This document shows, piece by piece, positions 1 through 64,000 of a stretch of 64,000 bases of DNA. The position numbers and the translations under genes are program-made. Location of the stretch: the NCBI GenBank assembly GCA_951406725.2, contig OX597832.1, positions 40,920,001 to 40,984,000 of the forward strand, given 5' to 3'. A model generated the notes under the pieces. The model made no database searches, was not told where the DNA came from, and saw nothing but the letters and a program-made list of their open reading frames with translations. Origin of the DNA: Octopus vulgaris. Its lineage: Eukaryota. How positions within the stretch are numbered: the first letter of the stretch is position 1; each line of letters starts with the position of its first letter.

Positions 1-210
1 CTAAACACAGAGGGGACAAACAAGGACAGACAAAGGGAATAAGTCGATTACATCGACCCCAGCGCATAACTGGTACTTAATTTATCGATCCAGATAGGAT
101 GAAAGGCAAAGTTGACCTCGGCGGAATTTGAACTCAGAATGTAACGGCAGATGAAATACAGCTACGCATTTCGCCCGGCATGCTAACGTTTCTGCCAGCT
201 CGCCACCTTA
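1..210 (-). mobile_element. tRNA-derived SINE family A (partial, at window edge)
   Basis: Reverse complement has A-box-like tggcagaaacgttag and B-box gagttcaaattcc; multicopy in window. Confidence 0.85.
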
Positions 211-1211
211 GTCAGTTTAGTCAATACCATCAACCCCAGTACTTGATTAGCACTTTATTCTATCAACCCCAACTGGATTTAAACCCTTTATGTACATAAT
301 CAGAAGAAATGCCACAAGATATTTTGTTAGGCACTCTAATAATTCTGTCAATCCACCACCTTAATAATAACAATAACAACAACAATAATTATTTCTACTA
401 TAGGCACAAGGTCTTGAAATTTTTGTGTAGGGGGTATTATCTAATTACATGACCCTAATGCTCAACTAGTTCTTATCTTATAGACCCTAAAAAAAAAAAG
501 ACAAAAGGCAAAGTCAGTCTCAGTGGAATTTGAACTCAGAATGTAAAGAGCTGGAAGATATGCTAGTAAGCATTTTATCCAACATGCTAATAATAACAAA
601 TTCTTTTATTAGTAAAAGTGGTCCAAGGTGTTGGGGGACAATGCAAGGATGAAATACAAAAAACAGCAAGAGGTGGGGTAGAACAAATAAAAGGAAATAA
701 TATTATTTGAGAACTTCTAGGGTGTATTTTTTTATGTCTTAGAACATAAGGTTTTTTTGGGGATGGGATTCCTTTTATTTCCCCCTCTGAACTAAGTGTG
801 TATATTTAGCATGACTCAGGACAAATGTTTCATGGTAAAATAAAATGTGAGCTGAATTTGAAATTAGTTCCTGTTTGCCAACTTGTGGTTACATTTGTAA
901 ACAGAAGTTACTTCATATTGACTACAATGACTAGACACAAAGTAAGTGTGAGGCAAGACTTGATGTAGGCCAAGTGGCTCGTATCTTGTACTTTAAAAAG
1001 TTATTTCTTCTCTTTGACAAGCATTTATGAGATTCCACAGAATGCAAAAATAAACTTTGCAATTATTACAAGCATCTGCTTTCTCTTTCTTTCTTTCATT
1101 CTGTCTTTCATTCATTCATTCATTCATTCATTCATTCATTCTTCGTCTGACTTAGAATAATTTACTGAAGAAACGATTGTACCTGAACTTTTTGTGATTG
1201 GTCCTCTATTT

Positions 1212-1651
1212 CATTGGTTTCAAATTTTGGCACAAGGCCAGCAATTTAGAGAGTGAGGATGGCACGTAAAAAGCACCATCCGTCCGTGGCCGTTTGCCAG
1301 CTCCGTCTGGCACCTGTGCGGGTGGCACGTAAAAAGCACCCACTACACTCACGGAGTGGTTGGCGTTAGGAAGGGCATCCAGCCCTAGAAACACTGCCAG
1401 ATCAGACTGGGCCTGATGCAGCCTTCTGGCTTCCCAGACCCCAGTTGAACCGTCCAACCCATGCTAGCATGGAAAGCGGACGCTGAATGATGATGATGAT
1501 GATGATCAACCCCTGTGATCAACTGCAACTTATTTTATCGACTCTGAAAGGATAAAAGGCAAAGTCGACCTTGGTAGAATTTGAACTCAGAATGCAAAGA
1601 CAGACAAAATTCAGCTAAGCGTTTTGCCTGATTCTGCCAGCTTGCTGCCTT
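1212..1651 (-). mobile_element. SINE family A with TSD gtcctctattt, interrupted by SINE family C (1261-1505, +)
   Basis: TSD at ~1201-1211 and ~1654-1664; the inner element ends in a (GAT)n tail. Confidence 0.8.
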
Positions 1652-2349
1652 CAGTCCTCTATTTTATTGACATATAAACGATCACCTTCTGTTATAACAG
1701 TGTAAAGTGATGAAAAATATCAATACTGTGTCAAAAGAAATCACAGGCTGGTTGTTGCTGTTGATGTTTAGATTCAAGTCAACCTTGATTGAACAGATAT
1801 ATGATCAAATGTTCTCCAGCCATGACCATCCTGTCGTTTTCTCAGTCGTTATATATCTCAAACAATATCCTTGGTTATTGCTGACTTTTAAACCTAAGTC
1901 AGTTCTGTGTAGGTATATGAATAAAAAATGTCTTAGGAGAAGAGAGAAAGAAAACAAAACAGAATTAATCTCCAATTAACAATAGACCTATAAGTTCAAA
2001 CATAAGAGATAGGTCACTCACACACTGACCAAAACATAACTTTGAATGACTGACCAAAAGATAAAATAACAACTTTAGCTATTAAAATGACATATAAAAT
2101 ACATTAACCATTTCCATACTTAAAGAGAAATCTAGTTAAGAAAAGAAACAAGAAAAAAAAGAAAAGAAAGAAAGCTCATAATATTTATAGTAACTTACTA
2201 GTAACTATCAGGTCATCCCATAAGTTCTGACCGATTTTACCTGTTTTAAAATTGAATGAAATTTAATAGTATTTTAGAATGTCTAATGGAATGAAAAATT
2301 ATTTTTATGCATTAATGTACATTTAAACTAATTAAATATTGTATACTTA

Positions 2350-2580
2350 TTTTTTTATTACCCACAAGGGGCCAAACACAGAGGGGACAAACAAGGACAG
2401 ACATAGGTATTAAGTCGATTACATCAACCCCAGTGCGTAACTGGTACTTAATTTATCGACCCCGAAAGGATGAAAGGCAAAGTCGACCTCGGCAGAATTT
2501 GAACTCATAACGTAACGGCAGACAAAACACTGCTAAGCATTTCGCCCAGCGTGCTAACGTTTCTGCCAGCTCGACACCTT
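2350..2580 (-). mobile_element. SINE family A, full length, with TSD
   Basis: attaaatattRtatact repeated on both flanks. Confidence 0.85.
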
Positions 2581-2601
2581 ACTATTAAATATTATATACT
2601 A

Positions 2602-2832
2602 TCAACCTAATGTGACAGTCCCATGAAAGGGAATCACACCACCGCTATTTAGCCCCAGGAAGCATCAACGCTTCCTGTCGGCCTTGACACATTGCCTGTG
2701 TCCTTATGTTTACAAGGGGCAGACAAGTACCCCCATCCAGCTAAGCCTGCATCCAGAGACTAGTTTCTGTGTCTTTGCTCGTCATGTAGGCTGGATGGAA
2801 TGAGGAGGAGAGGGGTGCCTACCTGAGGTGCC
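2602..2832 (-). repeat. ~225-bp dispersed repeat with degenerate hammerhead-like core (copy of 53599-53821)
   Basis: Reverse-complement similarity to 53599-53821 along its length. Confidence 0.75.
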
Positions 2833-3120
2833 TTTGGTGTTAGGGGGTCCAAAGTGTGTGAGGTTTCTTTGGTTACCTCTCAGTAGAACTTCTCCCTATT
2901 GGGGAAGTACATTATTGGTTTAATCTCCTTGCTAATTGTTGTGCTTTTGGGGTTTTTTTTTTTTTTGCTATTTACACATTTAACCCCTCTGTCCCTCACC
3001 TGTGTATTGTCCTTTGTGTTTTGTGTTTGGCCAATAAAGAAATTATTATTATTATTATTATTATTGTTATTATTATTATTATTATTATCATTATTATTAT
3101 TATTATGATTATTATTATTA

Positions 3121-3153
<33 letters not shown>

Positions 3154-3155
<2 letters not shown>

Positions 3156-3965
3156 AAGGCACACAGTCTACAATATCGTGAGGTTGATTGAAGATATTGT
3201 GTCTACCGGGGGTTTGTACTGTTTGTCAAGTCACAGCAAGGACCTCAGACAGACAGTATTTTACACAATATTCGTGCAGTTCCAAGTAATGCCAACTTTT
3301 GCAATACACCTAGATTGTAGGGTATTTCTATAGTTTCCTGATGCTTTTTCAGATTAGGTGGTATTGAACCCAGTGCTCCGATAACAATAGGGATAACCTT
3401 TATGTTTGACTCTCGTAGCTGCCACATCTTAGCGATCTCAATTCTCAGGTCTCCATATTTATCAACCTTTTCTCTTTCTTTCATGATGATATGTTGATCT
3501 CCCAGCACCGCCATGTTAATTATTAGGCACTCTTGAATGTCCCTCTTAAAAGTTACTATATCTCGCCTATGGAGCTCTAATACCTTGTCGTCTGGAAGTC
3601 AAAATACCGGAGGAATTTTGCCTTCTTCTTTTCGTCCATTACCTTTTCTGGTGTATGTTGGTACCAAGCACCCATAACCTCATATCCATACTTGCAGCAC
3701 AGTATCCAGTGGAGATTTTGGGCTACCTTGTCGTGTCTACGCTTGTACTCTTTCTGTGCAAGGCTTTCACAAGCACAAACAATGTGAGTCACACTTTCGA
3801 CCCTCTTCCCACACACTCTGTAGAGGTCCGTTGCATTATGTGATATATATTCTTTTTTGCTGAGTTGGTATTCAATGCCTGGTCCTGGGCAGCAATGATT
3901 AAGTTTTCAGTATTCTTTTTTAGGTCACCCTTGTTAAGCCACCCCCATGATGTTTCCTGTTCTTT
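3154..3965 (-). mobile_element. 3' fragment of a restriction-like-endonuclease non-LTR retrotransposon (R4/Dong-like), decayed
   Basis: CGK..ESVTHIVCAC zinc knuckle, YKRRHDKV, EKVDKY.DL..E, VIPIVIGALG; frameshifted; 3' end abuts a (TAA)n tract at 3042-3153. Confidence 0.85.
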
Positions 3966-4181
3966 TAATTTGTTGATTTTTGGACATTTTGTTTGTATTA
4001 TGTTGTTGTTGTTGTTGTTGTTGTTATAATTATTATTATTCATTTGTTCCTCATGTACAAGTACATGAGTATTCATTCTAATTTTATTTGTTTTATTAAA
4101 TTTTAGAAAAATTGAAGCATATTTTAGACCATTTCAGAGCATATTGAATTTATTTTGTGCATGCCTTTTGGCCCACCCTGT

Positions 4182-4258
<77 letters not shown>

Positions 4259-5406
4259 TTAAAGTCTATTTTCCATGCTGGCATGAGTTGGATGGGAAAG
4301 ATATTTGTCAGCTTGAGAACCATTCCTTTAGGCCATTTAATATCTAATTAATTCTCAACCAATCTGTTAGATCAATTAATTACTAATCTGTTATCTAATC
4401 ACAATATTGTTAATCAACATAACATAAGTTCTTGAATGACTCAGTTTACAACCAGATTTTGATTCCCAGTTTAAAATTTTCACCCTGATTATCACTAGTG
4501 CTCTTTGCACATGCTTCATTGTCACAACTTTCTTCTGTTTCTTTTCCACAAATATCAAGGTTTCCATTTAACACAAGAGCACTTTCATTTTCATTTTCTA
4601 CTTGTCTATGTGACTGAGTTGTTAATAAGATTTATTTTTTTCTGACCGGGTTGAGTGATTTTGTTTAATATTACATTATTTACATCTCCACTATAATTTG
4701 ATCAATCTGATCTCTAACCATAAAATATCTTATTTCTGGATATGTGTCCTTGGTACCTGGCTGAATTCAAATTAGGAGATTGTAGGGCATTGCCCATGAC
4801 TCATAAGAGACAAACTGTAGATGAAGACTTTCAATTAGTCAGCAAACAAAACCTGGGTTCAAATGGTAGATCAGACGATTAACACAGAATTAACACTTCA
4901 ATACATTCTCCTTTGTGGTTATTTTTACGTATAGCCTAACAAAAACTATCAGATGTTGTTTTTAAACTATGAGTAGTAATAACAAAGCTATAACTTGTTT
5001 GCACCATTGACCTCATGTTTAAAGATAAGAAAAATTTTCAATAATCACGTCTACATTATGTTTCTATCAGTCTGGTCTCCGATCATCAATTGGTAGTGGT
5101 GGGGATTGTATACCTACAAAATACTAGAATGGATCTGAACTAGGAATCTTTACTTCTAAACTAAGTTCGAATGTAGCCTGATTCTATGTAGGCATTTAAG
5201 AATAAGATACTTACAGACAGTCAAAGGTGAAGCTGATTGGAATGTCATGTAGATGTATCTAGTAAAATGATTCTCATCTTTAAAGATTATTTTCTGATTA
5301 ATTTTTTGTTTTATTTTGTTGCTGTTATATAAACTATTTTTACTCATTATTTTTCTTTTCTTTTTTCTTAAAGGTTTAACCCATTTTTCTACATTAGTTA
5401 TTTGCA

Positions 5407-60264
<54,858 letters not shown>

Positions 60265-60417
60265 GTAAGAAACGGAATATTTATACTTGTTTCAGTAAGT
60301 TGCTATATGGTTTCAGGTGAAACAGATTTGTACTTGATTCAATGATAGCTTATATCCCGTTTTTGTGAGGAGGAGGGAATTTTAAAATAATCTAAGCAAA
60401 ACAATGAATATATGTGT

Positions 60418-60481
<64 letters not shown>

Positions 60482-62420
60482 AGGCTTACCTCAACTTATG
60501 TAGGTAATAGCTTCCAAGACACGTGACTTAACTCATAAAACGACATAACACAAAAAGCACTTTTTTAAAAATTTATCTGCATTAATAAATGATTTGCACA
60601 TAATTGCACATATTTTATTTGATTTTCCACTTCAGCATTAGTTTTTAAGTATTTTTAATATTTATGCTTTTAAATATGTTCCCTAAGATCAACATAAAGT
60701 TGGATAAATTAGCTGAAATTGAGGATTTTGCCATCAATTTCTTCAAACAAAGAAAAAGGCATGAAGTCAATAAAGATCTTGCTTAAAACATTGTACGTTG
60801 AGGTAAATAGATCAGACAGACAGGCATTTTGTTATTAACCATTTTGTAATCATATTTCAAACAAAATACCTTGACTGTCTTTCAATTAATCTTAAAAAAC
60901 ATTCAAGAATTTGGAGAGCTTTAGTAAAACAACTCACTTTTTAAATTTATTTATATGTTAAACTGGTGTTTGGAACATAACATAACTGAGTATTATGATA
61001 AAAATTCAGAAGAATTATTCATCAAAAAAAGAACATAATTTAAGAAAAGTAAACAGTAAGAAAACAGCAAAAAAAAAGAAGGAAGTGGAGAAAAAACAGA
61101 CAGAAAATAAAAGAAATGGATGTTTATTTAAAAAAATGTTTATCCGACATTTCAAATGCAGAAAGGATCAATAAGAAACCCGGTAACTCTAGGAGGAATT
61201 TCAACCATGTTTCATGGTCTGCCACCACAACAGCTCCTTTATAGGATCCAGTTAGCTCAAGACATTGTCAGGAGGAACCAAGACCAGTTTCGGCCCCTAC
61301 TCCTCTACCGTTTTGACATGGCGGGGCTCCCCCTTTCGGAGGTGACTCCAGCTCTGGTGTTGAGTGCATGTCTTCTCTCTTTTGTTCCCTGGCCTCTTCG
61401 ATCTTGTCGAATTTCCCTTTAAATACCTGCTGCTAGGCTCCAGCAGGCAACCCTAGCAAGTTGTCACGTGACACTGTCTCAACTTTAACTGACAAGTGTT
61501 GAAGGAAATAAGTTGCTGGTCATTACCTAAGGTGATACAATATTATAAAATGTAGACATAGGATCATTTTATAGAAGCAACAGCTCTTTACATGCTATGG
61601 CTGGTAAAATAATGCAATGTTAAATTCCAATGCCACCTCTATATTGCAGGAATGTCTACAGTTCAATGAGTTCCTTGGCATCCCAGTCACAGATTGAGGA
61701 GCGGTAAGTTCACTTTTAACACATGCACCACACACATGCATAACATCATCATCATCATTTAACGTTTGGCTTCCATACTGGAATGGTTTGAATGGTCTGA
61801 CAGGAGCTTTTAAGCCAGAGGGCTGCACTGCGTGTTGTGTGGGGTAAAAAGGGGTACATTCAAACGGATGCACCCCTGAGATATACGTCTGACTTAGTTT
61901 TCTTCCTTTGTGTCAATAACAGCTTTGCATTTCATATCTTATAAGATCAATCAACAAGTACCCCATTAATATACGAGGATTGATATAATTGAAAGCACCA
62001 ACCCTAGGATGGTCAGAGTTTCATGACTAAATCTGTTTTATATTTCCTGACCGGATACCAAAATGTTACACTATCACTTTCATAATAATCTTCCAAAGCT
62101 TTACAGACAGAGAGGGGTTGGGGGGAGGAGGAGGAGGACATTGACAATGACAACAGCAATGACAATGATGACAACAACAAGGAAGAGGAAAAGATTGGTG
62201 GCTATGGTGGTGGTGATGGCAGTAGTGGTAGTCAATGATGATGATGATGATGATGATGACATAAGACTTTTAATGTTTTTTCTTTATTGTCCCATTGCTA
62301 ATACGACACACACAAAAACATGTTTACTGTTTGCAGTTGTTATTGTTGTTGTTGCTGCTGCTGTGGTTCCTGTTGTTGCTGTTATTGCTGTTGTTGTGAC
62401 TATCGTTGTAGTTTCAATTT

Positions 62421-62534
62421 TTTTTAAATAGGACAAAATTTATCATGTTTACTCTCAACCGAAGCAAGGCCCTATAACCTCACCACCTCCTTCGGTTGAC
62501 AGTAAACATGATAAATTTTGTCCTATTTTAAAAA
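62421..62534. repeat. near-perfect inverted repeat (~44-bp arms, ~25-nt loop), MITE-like
   Basis: aaataggacaaaatttatcatgtttact.tcaaccgaag and its reverse complement. Confidence 0.85.
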
Positions 62535-62692
62535 GATTATTCAACTGTTTTACAGAGTACTATACGGTATATATGTATACACACACACATGCACGCCTAC
62601 AGCTCCCCATCAAACATCATACATCCAAAATTAAGTGTCACTGTTCTATCTGATTTGTTTGCTTGATTGCTTGCTTGTGTTCACTCTGACAG

Positions 62693-62748
62693 TGAAGAAA
62701 TTATGGAAGCCAGGTCTATTTTCTTATCAATGATCACCGAGCAAAACA
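62693..62748 (+). CDS. possible NHE exon 19 (S)EEIMEARSIFLSMITEQN
   Basis: Acceptor ctgacag is phase-compatible with exon 18 and the frame is open. The donor is weak and uncertain (gtaaat at 62749 or gtctat). Confidence 0.35.
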
Positions 62749-63839
62749 GTAAATGGTTTTATTAGTCTCTTTGCTGTTTATTGTTACTCTCCCCCCCACA
62801 TTATGCATTTTATATTGAGTACATAGCTCAGTTCAATCCATTAAGCCATGTTGGATGAACCACAGGTTACATGGGAAACAAAATCCATTATATGGAAACC
62901 GAAATGCAGTAGAAAATATTTCCTACACACATTGGTACGTAGTAACATAATTATCTCCAGATATTGGTAGCTACCGATAACAGTGTTAGAAATAGATTGA
63001 AAACATGACCACATGTTGAGAAATATATTCGTGCAAAGTTAGTTTCTGATATCAGCAGATAGAGTTAATAGTTGATACATTAAACTGCTGATATATACTT
63101 AAATATATTCGCTGATACATAAGTACACAGCAACACAATTACTTTTTGATACTGGAAGCTATAATAATTAACAAGGAAAAAAATACAGTCAAGTGCCAGA
63201 CAGTGAGATTGAACCCATAACCACATGGTTGCAAAGTGAGCTTCTTAACCACACCACAAAGCCATACCTGTGTGCATATACAGATATAATATTTAGAATA
63301 CCTAGTGCTAAGAAAATAAAAACATTGGTTATATATGTAGTTAATAGTACAAAATACATCTAAGTCCAGACTGCATACAAATACTGATAACATATATATA
63401 AAAAAATTTTCTTTTTTTTTGTGTGTTTTGAAAGGTTAACCATTTTTTGATATTGGGTCATGTCTGTGTTCTGATTCTGTAATGATATATCAGTTAAGTA
63501 AACATCAGACATCATAACCCTTGACTGTGTTTTTCTCTGTGTTTCATTCAAAATACTTCTACGATAATGAAGATCGTTTCTGCTTTCGTTCTTTACTTTT
63601 CAGATATTGCTATTAACAAATATTTGTATTTGTATAATTTGTCCTCTTATTTTCAATACACCCTCCTCTGATATTGATATATCTATCTATCAAGTGGCAG
63701 TTGAAGGAATATGTTCATTGACCTATAATACCTGAATATTTTCCATTTAATTTTTTTCAGTCATTGAGAACTGATGAGATGCAAAATATCCTCATGTTGT
63801 TGTTGATGTTGCTGCTGCTGTTATTGTTGATGATGATGT

Positions 63840-63871
<32 letters not shown>

Positions 63872-64000
63872 TTGTTGTTGTTGTTGTTGTTGTTAAAAGC
63901 TGGTAGAATTGTTAACATGTCAGACAAAATGTTTAGCAGCATTTCACCCAACTTCCAGCTTTATGTTCTGAGTTGAAATTCTGCCAAGATCAACTTTGCC

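Noticed and set aside
61156-61422. 88-aa ORF as a possible NHE tail exon
   Set aside because: It has no phase-compatible acceptor with a pyrimidine tract and no NHE similarity; probably part of an unclassified repeat.

Overview
This is eukaryotic genomic DNA: AT-rich and dense in microsatellites and SINEs. The repeat landscape looks like a coleoid cephalopod (Octopus-like), which is my inference from pattern recognition. One + strand gene spans almost the whole window, an SLC9A/NHE-type Na+/H+ exchanger. I assembled it by hand from 18 GT-AG exons (5407-60264, 1943 nt, reading frame continuous across every junction). No stop codon is reached, so the cytoplasmic tail continues downstream. The predicted protein has a signal peptide, a ~130-aa Ser/Thr/Asn-rich ectodomain with 7 N-glycosylation sequons, an intact ND ion-binding motif and several non-canonical substitutions. 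The introns hold tRNA-derived SINEs, fragments of RTE, CR1, R4/Dong, CRE and Penelope retrotransposons, hAT, piggyBac and mariner MITEs, non-autonomous Helitrons, foldback palindromes and a 22-bp minisatellite. Nearly all ORFs in the supplied track are microsatellite or repeat artefacts. The best leads are exon 13 sandwiched between collinear halves of an inverted Penelope copy, two families of short repeats with minimal hammerhead-ribozyme-like motifs, and the divergent NHE itself. I found no firm evidence of a wholly new system. Exon coordinates are exact by my count; many repeat boundaries are approximate.
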